Assembly (NCBI GenBank): GCA_964057225.1
Contig: OZ059898.1
Coordinates: 2,604,001-2,668,000, forward strand
Direction of reading: 5' to 3'
Length of the DNA stretch: 64,000 nucleotides
Origin: Auanema rhodensis
Taxonomy: Eukaryota > Animalia > Nematoda
Below, piece after piece: positions 41,801 through 56,158 of the stretch. A model generated the notes under the pieces. The model was not told the DNA's origin, ran no database searches, and saw only the letters and a list, made by a program, of their open reading frames with translations. The translations under genes and the position numbers were made by a program. The stretch's first letter is position 1. Each line of letters opens with the position of its first letter.

Positions 41801-44800
41801 TAACTAATTTTTGTATCAAGCGTTTCTCAATGTAGTATAGTGCATTCGATGCGGATTTTTAAGCTGCGTCGATCTGTGTTATCAGATTTGCGCTAGCTTA
41901 AAAATGCACCGAGATATCAACTGATATAAGTTCACACTTATATCCTCGATTTTCACCCTGAAGAAATAATTTTTTCGTTGAATATTATTGTCCATCGTCT
42001 TTGCCTTGAAAAAAGGAATCTAAAAACATCTACTTTTTGCTAAATTATTTTGAAATTTTTCGAAAAAATTTTGGTCAAAATGTTTTTGGAAGCAATGTTG
42101 AGTGTACATGGAAACTCAACATACACTAATGCATCATTTTTCAAACGATCATAACTAATTTTTGTATCAAGTGTTTCTCAATGTAATATAGTGCATTCGA
42201 TGCGGATTTTTAAGCTGCGTCGATCTGTGTTATCAGATTTGCGCTAGCTTAAAAATGCACCGAGATATCAACTGATATAAGTTCACACTTATATCCTCGA
42301 TTTTCACCCTGAAGAATTAATTTTTTCGTTGAATAACATTGTCCATCGTCTTTGCCTTGAAAAATGGAATCTAAAAACATCTACTTTTTGCTAAATTATT
42401 TTGAAATTTTTCGAAACAATTTTTGTCAAAATGTTTTTGGAAGCAATGTTGAGTGTACATGGAAACTCAACATACACTAATGCATCATTTTTCAAACGGT
42501 CATAACTAATTTTTGTATCAAGCGTTTCTTAATGTAGTATAGTGCATTCGATGCGGATTTTTAAGCTGCGTCGATCTGTGTTATCAGATTTGCGCTAGCT
42601 TAAAAATGCACCGAGATATCAACTGATATAAGTTCACACTTATATCCTCGATTTTCACCCTGAAGAATTAATTTTTTCGTTGAATAACATTGTCCATCGT
42701 CTTTGCCTTGAAAAATGGAATCTAAAAACATCTACTTTTTGCTAAATTATTTTGAAATTTTTCGAAACAATTTTTGTCAAAATGTTTTTGGAAGCAATGT
42801 TGAGTGTACATGGAAACTCAACATACACTAATGCATCATTTTTCAAACGGTCATAACTAATTTTTGTATCAAGCGTTTCTTAATGTAGTATAGTGCATTC
42901 GATGCGGATTTTTAAGCTGCGTCGATCTGTGTTATCAGATTTGCGCTAGCTTAAAAATGCACCGAGATATCAACTGATATAAGTTCACACTTATATCCTC
43001 GATTTTCACCCTGAAGAATTAATTTTTTCGTTGAATAACATTGTCCATCGTCTTTGCCTTGAAAAATGAAATCTAAAAACATCTACTTTTTGCTAAATTA
43101 TTTTGAAATTTTTCGAAAAACTTTTTGTCAAAATGTTTTTGGAAGCAATGTTGAGTGTACATGGAAACTCAACATACACTAATGCATCATTTTTCAAACG
43201 ATCATAACTAATTTTTGTATCAAGCGTTTCTCAATGTAGTATAGTGCATTCGATGCGGATTTTTAAGCTGCGTCGATCTATGTTATCAGATTTGCGCTAG
43301 CTCAAAAATGCACCGAGATATCAACTGATATAAGTTCACACTTATATCCTCGATTTTCACCCTGAAGAATTAACTTTTTCGTTGAATAACATTGTCTATC
43401 GTCTTTGCCTTGAAAAATGGAATCTAAAAACATCTACTTTTCGCTAAATTATTTTGAAATTTTTCGAAAAAATTTTTGTCAAAATGTTTTTGGAAGCAAT
43501 GTTGAGTGTACATGGAAACTCAACATACACTAATGCATCATTTTTCAAACGATCATAACTAATTTTTGTATCAAGCGTTTCTCAATGTAGTATAGTGCAT
43601 TCGATCCGGATTTTTAAGCTGCGTCAATCTGTGTTATCAGATTTGCGCTAGCTTAAAAATGCACCGAGATATCAACTGATATAAGTTCACACTTATATCC
43701 TCGATTTTCACCCTGAAGAATTAATTTTTTTGTTGAATAACATTGTCCATCGTCTTTGCCTTGAAAAATGGAATCTAAAAACATCTACTTTTTGCTAAAT
43801 TATTTTGAAATTTTTCGAAAAAATTTTTGTCAAAATGTTTTTGGAAGCAATGTTGAGTGTACATGGAAACTCAACATACACTAATGCATCATTTTTCAAA
43901 CGATCATAACTAATTTTTGTATCAAGGGTTTTTCAATGTAGTATAGTGCATTCGATGCGGATTTTTAAGCTGCGTCGATCTGTGTTATCAGATTTGCGCT
44001 AGCTTAAAAATGCACCGAGATATCAACTGATATAAGTTCACACTTATATCCTCGATTTTCACCCTGAAGAAATAATTTTTTCGTTGAATATTATTGTCCA
44101 TCGTCTTTGCCTTGAAAAATGGAATCTAAAAACATCTACTTTTTGCTAAATTATTTTGAAATTTTTCGAAACAATTTTTGTCAAAATGTTTTTGGAAGCA
44201 ATGTTGAGTGTACATGGAAACTCAACATACACTAATGCATCATTTTTCAAACGATCATAACTAATTTTTGTATCAAGCGTTTCTCAATGTAGTATAGTGC
44301 ATTCGATGCGGATTTTTAAGCTGCGTCGATCTGTGTTATCAGATTTGCGCTAGCTTAAAAATGCACCGAGATATCAACTGATATAAGTTCACACTTATAT
44401 CCTCGATTTTCACCCTGAAGAAATAATTTTTTCGTTGAATATTATTGTCCATCGTCTTTGCCTTGAAAAAAGGAATCTAAAAACATCTACTTTTTGCTAA
44501 ATTATTTTGAAATTTTTCGAAAAAATTTTGGTCAAAATGTTTTTGGAAGCAATGTTGAGTGTACATGGAAACTCAACATACACTAATGCATCATTTTTCA
44601 AACGATCATAACTAATTTTTGTATCAAGTGTTTCTCAATGTAATATAGTGCATTCGATGCGGATTTTTAAGCTGCGTCGATCTGTGTTATCAGATTTGCG
44701 CTAGCTTAAAAATGCACCGAGATATCAACTGATATAAGTTCACACTTATATCCTCGATTTTCACCCTGAAGAATTAATTTTTTCGTTGAATAACATTGTC

Positions 44801-45830
44801 CATCGTCTTTGCCTTGAAAAATGGAATCTAAAAACATCTACTTTTTGCTAAATTATTTTGAAATTTTTCGAAACAATTTTTGTCAAAATGTTTTTGGAAG
44901 CAATGTTGAGTGTACATGGAAACTCAACATACACTAATGCATCATTTTTCAAACGGTCATAACTAATTTTTGTATCAAGCGTTTCTTAATGTAGTATAGT
45001 GCATTCGATGCGGATTTTTAAGCTGCGTCGATCTGTGTTATCAGATTTGCGCTAGCTTAAAAATGCACCGAGATATCAACTGATATAAGTTCACACTTAT
45101 ATCCTCGATTTTCACCCTGAAGAATTAATTTTTTCGTTGAATAACATTGTCCATCGTCTTTGCCTTGAAAAATGAAATCTAAAAACATCTACTTTTTGCT
45201 AAATTATTTTGAAATTTTTCGAAAAACTTTTTGTCAAAATGTTTTTGGAAGCAATGTTGAGTGTACATGGAAACTCAACATACACTAATGCATCATTTTT
45301 CAAACGATCATAACTAATTTTTGTATCAAGCGTTTCTCAATGTAGTATAGTGCATTCGATGCGGATTTTTAAGCTGCGTCGATCTATGTTATCAGATTTG
45401 CGCTAGCTCAAAAATGCACCGAGATATCAACTGATATAAGTTCACACTTATATCCTCGATTTTCACCCTGAAGAATTAACTTTTTCGTTGAATAACATTG
45501 TCTATCGTCTTTGCCTTGAAAAATGGAATCTAAAAACATCTACTTTTCGCTAAATTATTTTGAAATTTTTCGAAAAAATTTTTGTCAAAATGTTTTTGGA
45601 AGCAATGTTGAGTGTACATGGAAACTCAACATACACTAATGCATCATTTTTCAAACGATCATAACTAATTTTTGTATCAAGCGTTTCTCAATGTAGTATA
45701 GTGCATTCGATCCGGATTTTTAAGCTGCGTCAATCTGTGTTATCAGATTTGCGCTAGCTTAAAAATGCACCGAGATATCAACTGATATAAGTTCACACTT
45801 ATATCCTCGATTTTCACCCTGAAGAATTAA
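38817..45830. repeat. Local higher-order repeat: 7-mer (2457 bp) x2 plus a 6-mer derivative
   Basis: AAGGG variant at 39013, 41470 and 43927 (spacing 2457). CTATGTT/GCTCAAAA monomer at 40823, 43280 and 45386 (spacings 2457, 2106). Confidence 0.9.
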
Positions 45831-45979
45831 TTTTTTCGTTGAATAACATTGTCCATCGTCTTTGCCTTGAAAAATGGAATCTAAAAACATCTACTTTTTG
45901 CTAAATTATTTTGAAATTTTTCGAAAAAATTTTTGTCAAAATGTTTTTGGAAGCAATGTTGAGTGTACATGGAAACTCA

Positions 45980-48900
45980 ACATACACTAATGCATCATTT
46001 TTCAAACGATCATAACTAATTTTTGTATCAAGCGTTTCTTAATGTAGTATAGTGCATTCAATCCGGATTTTTAAGCTGCGTCAATCTGTGTTATCAGATT
46101 TGCGCTAGCTTAAAAATGCACCGAGATATCAACTGATATAAGTTCACACTTATATCCTCGATTTTCACCCTGAAGAATTAATTTTTTCGTTGAATAACAT
46201 TGTCCATCGTCTTTGCCTTGAAAAATGGAATCTAAAAACATCTACTTTTTGCTAAATTATTTTGAAATTTTTCGAAACAATTTTTGTCAAAATGTTTTTG
46301 GAAGCAATGTTGAGTGTACATGGAAACTCAACATACACTAATGCATCATTTTTCAAACGATCATAACTAATTTTTGTATCAAGCGTTTCTTAATGTAGTA
46401 TAGTGCATTCAATCCGGATTTTTAAGCTGCGTCAATCTGTGTTATCAGATTTGCGCTAGCTTAAAAATGCACCGAGATATCAACTGATATAAGTTCACAC
46501 TTATATCCTCGATTTTCACCCTGAAGAAATAATTTTTTCGTTGAATAACATTGTCCATCGTCTTTGCCTTGAAAAAAGGAATCTAAAAACATCTACTTTT
46601 TGCTAAATTATTTTGAAATTTTTCGAAAAAATTTTTGTCAAAATGTTTTTGGAAGCAATGTTGAGTGTACATGGAAACTCAACATACACTAATGCATCAT
46701 TTTTCAAACGATCATAACTAATTTTTGTATCAAGCGTTTCTTAATGTAGTATAGTGCATTCAATCCGGATTTTTAAGCTGCGTCAATCTGTGTTATCAGA
46801 TTTGCGCTAGCTTAAAAATGCACCGAGATATCAACTGATATAAGTTCACACTTATATCCTCGATTTTCACCCTGAAGAAATAATTTTTTCGTTGAATAAC
46901 ATTGTCCATCGTCTTTGCCTTGAAAAATGGAATCTAAAAACATCTACTTTTTGCTAAATTATTTTGAAATTTTTCGAAACAATTTTTGTCAAAATGTTTT
47001 TGGAAGCAATGTTGAGTGTACATGGAAACTCAACATACACTAATGCATCATTTTTCAAACGATCATAACTAATTTTTGTATCAAGCGTTTCTTAATGTAG
47101 TATAGTGCATTCAATCCGGATTTTTAAGCTGCGTCAATCTGTGTTATCAGATTTGCGCTAGCTTAAAAATGCACCGAGATATCAACTGATATAAGTTCAC
47201 ACTTATATCCTCGATTTTCACCCTGAAGAATTAATTTTTTCGTTGAATAACATTGTCCATCGTCTTTGCCTTGAAAAATGGAATCTAAAAACATCTACTT
47301 TTTGCTAAATTATTTTGAAATTTTTCGAAACAATTTTTGTCAAAATGTTTTTGGAAGCAATGTTGAGTGTACATGGAAACTCAACATACACTAATGCATC
47401 ATTTTTCAAACGATCATAACTAATTTTTGTATCAAGCGTTTCTTAATGTAGTATAGTGCATTCAATCCGGATTTTTAAGCTGCGTCAATCTGTGTTATCA
47501 GATTTGCGCTAGCTTAAAAATGCACCGAGATATCAACTGATATAAGTTCACACTTATATCCTCGATTTTCACCCTGAAGAAATAATTTTTTCGTTGAATA
47601 ACATTGTCCATCGTCTTTGCCTTGAAAAAAGGAATCTAAAAACATCTACTTTTTGCTAAATTATTTTGAAATTTTTCGAAAAAATTTTTGTCAAAATGTT
47701 TTTGGAAGCAATGTTGAGTGTACATGGAAACTCAACATACACTAATGCATCATTTTTCAAACGATCATAACTAATTTTTGTATCAAGCGTTTCTTAATGT
47801 AGTATAGTGCATTCAATCCGGATTTTTAAGCTGCGTCAATCTGTGTTATCAGATTTGCGCTAGCTTAAAAATGCACCGAGATATCAACTGATATAAGTTC
47901 ACACTTATATCCTCGATTTTCACCCTGAAGAAATAATTTTTTCGTTGAATAACATTGTCCATCGTCTTTGCCTTGAAAAAAGGAATCTAAAAACATCTAC
48001 TTTTTGCTAAATTATTTTGAAATTTTTCGAAAAAATTTTTGTCAAAATGTTTTTGGAAGCAATGTTGAGTGTACATGGAAACTCAACATACACTAATGCA
48101 TCATTTTTCAAACGATCATAACTAATTTTTGTATCAAGCGTTTCTTAATGTAGTATAGTGCATTCAATCCGGATTTTTAAGCTGCGTCAATCTGTGTTAT
48201 CAGATTTGCGCTAGCTTAAAAATGCACCGAGATATCAACTGATATAAGTTCACACTTATATCCTCGATTTTCACCCTGAAGAAATAATTTTTTCGTTGAA
48301 TAACATTGTCCATCGTCTTTGCCTTGAAAAATGGAATCTAAAAACATCTACTTTTTGCTAAATTATTTTGAAATTTTTCGAAACAATTTTTGTCAAAATG
48401 TTTTTGGAAGCAATGTTGAGTGTACATGGAAACTCAACATACACTAATGCATCATTTTTCAAACGATCATAACTAATTTTTGTATCAAGCGTTTCTTAAT
48501 GTAGTATAGTGCATTCAATCCGGATTTTTAAGCTGCGTCAATCTGTGTTATCAGATTTGCGCTAGCTTAAAAATGCACCGAGATATCAACTGATATAAGT
48601 TCACACTTATATCCTCGATTTTCACCCTGAAGAATTAATTTTTTCGTTGAATAACATTGTCCATCGTCTTTGCCTTGAAAAATGGAATCTAAAAACATCT
48701 ACTTTTTGCTAAATTATTTTGAAATTTTTCGAAACAATTTTTGTCAAAATGTTTTTGGAAGCAATGTTGAGTGTACATGGAAACTCAACATACACTAATG
48801 CATCATTTTTCAAACGATCATAACTAATTTTTGTATCAAGCGTTTCTTAATGTAGTATAGTGCATTCAATCCGGATTTTTAAGCTGCGTCAATCTGTGTT

Positions 48901-50191
48901 ATCAGATTTGCGCTAGCTTAAAAATGCACCGAGATATCAACTGATATAAGTTCACACTTATATCCTCGATTTTCACCCTGAAGAAATAATTTTTTCGTTG
49001 AATAACATTGTCCATCGTCTTTGCCTTGAAAAAAGGAATCTAAAAACATCTACTTTTTGCTAAATTATTTTGAAATTTTTCGAAAAAATTTTTGTCAAAA
49101 TGTTTTTGGAAGCAATGTTGAGTGTACATGGAAACTCAACATACACTAATGCATCATTTTTCAAACGATCATAACTAATTTTTGTATCAAGCGTTTCTTA
49201 ATGTAGTATAGTGCATTCAATCCGGATTTTTAAGCTGCGTCAATCTGTGTTATCAGATTTGCGCTAGCTTAAAAATGCACCGAGATATCAACTGATATAA
49301 GTTCACACTTATATCCTCGATTTTCACCCTGAAGAAATAATTTTTTCGTTGAATAACATTGTCCATCGTCTTTGCCTTGAAAAAGGGAATCTAAAAACAT
49401 CTACTTTTTGCTAAATTATTTTGAAATTTTTCGAAACAATTTTTGTCAAAATGTTTTTGGAAGCAATGTTGAGTGTACATGGAAACTCAACATACACTAA
49501 TGCATCATTTTTCAAACGATCATAACTAATTTTTGTATCAAGCGTTTCTTAATGTAGTATAGTGCATTCAATCCGGATTTTTAAGCTGCGTCAATCTGTG
49601 TTATCAGATTTGCGCTAGCTTAAAAATGCACCGAGATATCAACTGATATAAGTTCACACTTATATCCTCGATTTTCACCCTGAAGAATTAATTTTTTCGT
49701 TGAATAACATTGTCCATCGTCTTTGCCTTGAAAAATGGAATCTAAAAACATCTACTTTTTGCTAAATTGTTTTGAAATTTTTCGAAACAATTTTTGTCAA
49801 AATGTTTTTGGAAGCAATGTTGAGTGTACATGGAAACTCAACATACACTAATGCATCATTTTTCAAACGATCATAACTAATTTTTGTATCAAGCGTTTCT
49901 TAATGTAGTATAGTGCATTCAATCCGGATTTTTAAGCTGCGTCAATCTGTGTTATCAGATTTGCGCTAGCTTAAAAATGCACCGAGATATCAACTGATAT
50001 AAGTTCACACTTATATCCTCGATTTTCACCCTGAAGAAATAATTTTTTCGTTGAATAACATTGTCCATCGTCTTTGCCTTGAAAAAAGGAATCTAAAAAC
50101 ATCTACTTTTTGCTAAATTATTTTGAAATTTTTCGAAAAAATTTTTGTCAAAATGTTTTTGGAAGCAATGTTGAGTGTACATGGAAACTCA
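45980..50191. repeat. Run of 12 consecutive monomers sharing the TCTTAA / TCAATCCGG / GTCAAT haplotype
   Basis: M132-M143 all carry p61T, p81A, p84C and p104A. Confidence 0.9.
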
Positions 50192-53100
50192 ACATACACT
50201 AATGCATCATTTTTCTAACGATCATAACTAATTTTTGTATTAAGCTTTTCTCAATGTAGTATAGTGCATTCGATGCGAATTTTTAAGCTGCGTCGATCTG
50301 TGTTATCAGATTTGCGCTAGCTTAAAAATGCACCGAGATATCAACTGATATAAGTTCACACTTATATCCTCGATTTTCACCCTGAAGAATTAATTTTTTC
50401 GTTGAATAACATTGTCCATCGTCTTTGCCTTGAAAAATGAAATCTTAAAACATCTACTTTTTGCTAAATTATTTTGAAATTTTTCGAAAAAATTTTTGTC
50501 AAAATGTTTTTGGAAGCAATGTTGAGTGTACATGGAAACTCAACATACACTAATGCATCATTTTTCAAACGATCATAACTAATTTTTGTATCAAGTGTTT
50601 CTCAATGTAATATAGTGCATTCGATGCGGATTTTTAAGCTGCGTCGATCTGTGTTATCAGATTTGCGCTAGCTTAAAAATGCACCGAGATATCAACTGAT
50701 ATAAGTTCACACTTATATCCTCGATTTTCACCCTGAAGAATTAATTTTTTCGTTGAATAACATTGTCCATCGTCTTTGCCTTGAAAAATGGAATCTAAAA
50801 ACATCTACTTTTTGCTAAATTATTTTGAAATTTTTCGAAACAATTTTTGTCAAAATGTTTTTGGAAGCAATGTTGAGTGTACATGGAAACTCAACATACA
50901 CTAATGCATCATTTTTCAAACGATCATAACTAATTTTTGTATCAAGCGTTTCTTAATGTAGTATAGTGCATTCAATCCGGATTTTTAAGCTGCGTCAATC
51001 TGTGTTATCAGATTTGCGCTAGCTTAAAAATGCACCGAGATATCAACTGATATAAGTTCACACTTATATCCTCGATTTTCACCCTGAAGAAATAATTTTT
51101 TCGTTGAATAACATTGTCCATCGTCTTTGCCTTGAAAAAAGGAATCTAAAAACATCTACTTTTTGCTAAATTATTTTGAAATTTTTCGAAAAAATTTTTG
51201 TCAAAATGTTTTTGGAAGCAATGTTGAGTGTACATGGAAACTCAACATACACTAATGCATCATTTTTCTAACGATCATAACTAATTTTTGTATTAAGCTT
51301 TTCTCAATGTAGTATAGTGCATTCGATGCGAATTTTTAAGCTGCGTCGATCTGTGTTATCAGATTTGCGCTAGCTTAAAAATGCACCGAGATATCAACTG
51401 ATATAAGTTCACACTTATATCCTCGATTTTCACCCTGAAGAATTAATTTTTTCGTTGAATAACATTGTCCATCGTCTTTGCCTTGAAAAATGGAATTTTA
51501 AAACATCTACTTTTTGCTAAATTATTTTGAAATTTTTCGAAAAAATTTTTGTCAAAATGTTTTTGGAAGCAATGTTGAGTGTACATGGAAACTCAACATA
51601 CACTAATGCATCATTTTTCAAACGATCATAACTAATTTTTGTATCAAGTGTTTCTCAATGTAATATAGTGCATTCGATGCGGATTTTTAAGCTGCGTCGA
51701 TCTGTGTTATCAGATTTGCGCTAGCTTAAAAATGCACCGAGATATCAACTGATATAAGTTCACACTTATATCCTCGATTTTCACCCTGAAGAATTAATTT
51801 TTTCGTTGAATAACATTGTCCATCGTCTTTGCCTTGAAAAATGGAATCTAAAAACATCTACTTTTTGCTAAATTATTTTGAAATTTTTCGAAACAATTTT
51901 TGTCAAAATGTTTTTGGAAGCAATGTTGAGTGTACATGGAAACTCAACATACACTAATGCATCATTTTTCAAACGGTCATAACTAATTTTTGTATCAAGC
52001 GTTTCTTAATGTAGTATAGTGCATTCGATCCGGATTTTTAAGCTGCGTCAATCTGTGTTATCAGATTTGCGCTAGCTTAAAAATGCACCGAGATATCAAC
52101 TGATATAAGTTCACACTTATATCCTCGATTTTCACCCTGAAGAAATAATTTTTTCGTTGAATAACATTGTCCATCGTCTTTGCCTTGAAAAAAGGAATCT
52201 AAAAACATCTACTTTTTGCTAAATTATTTTGAAAGTTTTCGAAAAAATTTTTGTCAAAATGTTTTTGGAAGCAATGTTGAGTGTACATGGAAACTCAACA
52301 TACACTAATGCATCATTTTTCTAACGATCATAACTAATTTTTGTATTAAGCTTTTCTCAATGTAGTATAGTGCTTTCGATGCGGATTTTTAAGCTGCGTC
52401 GATCTGTGTTATCAGATTTGCGCTAGCTTAAAAATGCACCGAGATATCAACTGATATAAGTTCACACTTATATCCTCGATTTTCACCCTGAAGAATTAAT
52501 TTTTTCGTTGAATAACATTGTCCATCGTCTTTGCCTTGAAAAATGGAATCTTAAAACATCTACTTTTTGCTAAATTATTTTGAAATTTTTCGAAAAAATT
52601 TTTGTCAAAATGTTTTTGGAAGCAATGTTGAGTGTACATGGAAACTCAACATACACTAATGCATCATTTTTCAAACGATCATAACTAATTTTTGTATTAA
52701 GTGTTTCTCAATGTAATATAGTGCATTCGATGCGGATTGTTAAGCTGCGTCGATCTGTGTTATCAGATTTGCGCTAGCTTAAAAATGCACCGAGATATCA
52801 ACTGATATAAGTTCACACTTATATCCTCGATTTTCACCCTGAAGAATTAATTTTTTCGTTGAATAACATTGTCCATCGTCTTTGCCTTGAAAAATGAAAT
52901 CTAAAAACATCTACTTTTTGCTAAATTATTTTGAAATTTTTCGAAACAATTTTTGTCAAAATGTTTTTGGAAGCAATGTTGAGTGTACATGGAAACTCAA
53001 CATACACTAATGCATCATTTTTCAAACGATCATAACTAATTTTTGTATCAAGCGTTTCTTAATGTAGTATAGTGCATTCAATCCGGATTTTTAAGCTGCG

Positions 53101-56100
53101 TCAATCTGTGTTATCAGATTTGCGCTAGCTTAAAAATGCACCGAGATATCAACTGATATAAGTTCACACTTATATCCTCGATTTTCACCCTGAAGAAATA
53201 ATTTTTTCGTTGAATAACATTGTCCATCGTCTTTGCCTTGAAAAAAGGAATCTAAAAACATCTACTTTTTGCTAAATTATTTTGAAATTTTTCGAAAAAA
53301 TTTTTGTCAAAATGTTTTTGGAAGCAATGTTGAGTGTACATGGAAACTCAACATACACTAATGCATCATTTTTCTAACGATCATAACTAATTTTTGTATT
53401 AAGCTTTTCTCAATGTAGTATAGTGCATTCGATGCGAATTTTTAAGCTGCGTCGATCTGTGTTATCAGATTTGCGCTAGCTTAAAAATGCACCGAGATAT
53501 CAACTGATATAAGTTCACACTTATATCCTCGATTTTCACCCTGAAGAAATAATTTTTTCGTTGAATAACATTGTCCATCGTCTTTGCCTTGAAAAAAGGA
53601 ATCTAAAAACATCTACTTTTTGCTAAATTATTTTGAAATTTTTCGAAAAAATTTTTGTCAAAATGTTTTTGGAAGCAATGTTGAGTGTACATGGAAACTC
53701 AACATACACTAATGCATCATTTTTCAAACGATCATAACTAATTTTTGTATCAAGTGTTTCTCAATGTAATATAGTGCATTCGATGCGGATTTTTAAGCTG
53801 CGTCGATCTGTGTTATCAGATTTGCGCTAGCTTAAAAATGCACCGAGATATCAACTGATATAAGTTCACACTTATATCCTCGATTTTCACCCTGAAGAAT
53901 TAATTTTTTCGTTGAATAACATTGTCCATCGTCTTTGCCTTGAAAAATGGAATCTAAAAACATCTACTTTTTGCTAAATTATTTTGAAATTTTTCGAAAC
54001 AATTTTTGTCAAAATGTTTTTGGAAGCAATGTTGAGTGTACATGGAAACTCAACATACACTAATGCATCATTTTTCAAACGATCATAACTAATTTTTGTA
54101 TCAAGCGTTTCTTAATGTAGTATAGTGCATTCAATCCGGATTTTTAAGCTGCGTCAATCTGTGTTATCAGATTTGCGCTAGCTTAAAAATGCACCGAGAT
54201 ATCAACTGATATAAGTTCACACTTATATCCTCGATTTTCACCCTGAAGAAATAATTTTTTCGTTGAATAACATTGTCCATCGTCTTTGCCTTGAAAAAAG
54301 GAATCTAAAAACATCTACTTTTTGCTAAATTATTTTGAAATTTTTCGAAAAAATTTTTGTCAAAATGTTTTTGGAAGCAATGTTGAGTGTACATGGAAAC
54401 TCAACATACACTAATGCATCATTTTTCTAACGATCATAACTAATTTTTGTATTAAGCTTTTCTCAATGTAGTATAGTGCATTCGATGCGAATTTTTAAGC
54501 TGCGTCGATCTGTGTTATCAGATTTGCGCTAGCTTAAAAATGCACCGAGATATCAACTGATATAAGTTCACACTTATATCCTCGATTTTCACCCTGAAGA
54601 ATTAATTTTTTCGTTGAATAACATTGTCCATCGTCTTTGCCTTGAAAAATGGAATCTTAAAACATCTACTTTTTGCTAAATTATTTTGAAATTTTTCGAA
54701 AAAATTTTTGTCAAAATGTTTTTGGAAGCAATGTTGAGTGTACATGGAAACTCAACATACACTAATGCATCATTTTTCAAACGATCATAACTAATTTTTG
54801 TATCAAGTGTTTCTCAATGTAATATAGTGCATTCGATGCGGATTTTTAAGCTGCGTCGATCTGTGTTATCAGATTTGCGCTAGCTTAAAAATGCACCGAG
54901 ATATCAACTGATATAAGTTCACACTTATATCCTCGATTTTCACCCTGAAGAATTAATTTTTTCGTTGAATAACATTGTCCATCGTCTTTGCCTTGAAAAA
55001 TGGAATCTAAAAACATCTACTTTTTGCTAAATTATTTTGAAATTTTTCGAAACAATTTTTGTCAAAATGTTTTTGGAAGCAATGTTGAGTGTACATGGAA
55101 ACTCAACATACACTAATGCATCATTTTTCAAACGGTCATAACTAATTTTTGTATCAAGCGTTTCTTAATGTAGTATAGTGCATTTGATCCGGATTTTTAA
55201 GCTGCGTCAATCTGTGTTATCAGATTTGCGCTAGCTTAAAAATGCACCGAGATATCAACTGATATAAGTTCACACTTATATCCTCGATTTTCACCCTGAA
55301 GAAATAATTTTTTCGTTGAATAACATTGTCCATCGTCTTTGCCTTGAAAAAAGGAATCTAAAAACATCTACTTTTTGCTAAATTATTTTGAAAGTTTTCG
55401 AAAAAATTTTTGTCAAAATGTTTTTGGAAGCAATGTTGAGTGTACATGGAAACTCAACATACACTAATGCATCATTTTTCTAACGATCATAACTAATTTT
55501 TGTATTAAGCTTTTCTCAATGTAGTATAGTGCTTTCGATGCGGATTTTTAAGCTGCGTCGATCTGTGTTATCAGATTTGCGCTAGCTTAAAAATGCACCG
55601 AGATATCAACTGATATAAGTTCACACTTATATCCTCGATTTTCACCCTGAAGAATTAATTTTTTCGTTGAATAACATTGTCCATCGTCTTTGCCTTGAAA
55701 AATGGAATCTTAAAACATCTACTTTTTGCTAAATTATTTTGAAATTTTTCGAAAAAATTTTTGTCAAAATGTTTTTGGAAGCAATGTTGAGTGTACATGG
55801 AAACTCAACATACACTAATGCATCATTTTTCAAACGATCATAACTAATTTTTGTATTAAGTGTTTCTCAATGTAATATAGTGCATTCGATGCGGATTGTT
55901 AAGCTGCGTCGATCTGTGTTATCAGATTTGCGCTAGCTTAAAAATGCACCGAGATATCAACTGATATAAGTTCACACTTATATCCTCGATTTTCACCCTG
56001 AAGAATTAATTTTTTCGTTGAATAACATTGTCCATCGTCTTTGCCTTGAAAAATGGAATCTTAAAACATCTACTTTTTGCTAAATTATTTTGAAATTTTT

Positions 56101-56158
56101 CGAAAAAATTTTTGTCAAAATGTTTTTGGAAGCAATGTTGAGTGTACATGGAAACTCA
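49841..56158. repeat. Local 9-mer (3159 bp) x2, itself built of three trimers
   Basis: GAAAGTTTT at 52235 and 55394, GCTTTCG at 52374 and 55533, and a TATTAAGTG+GATTGTT monomer at M151 and M160. Confidence 0.8.
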
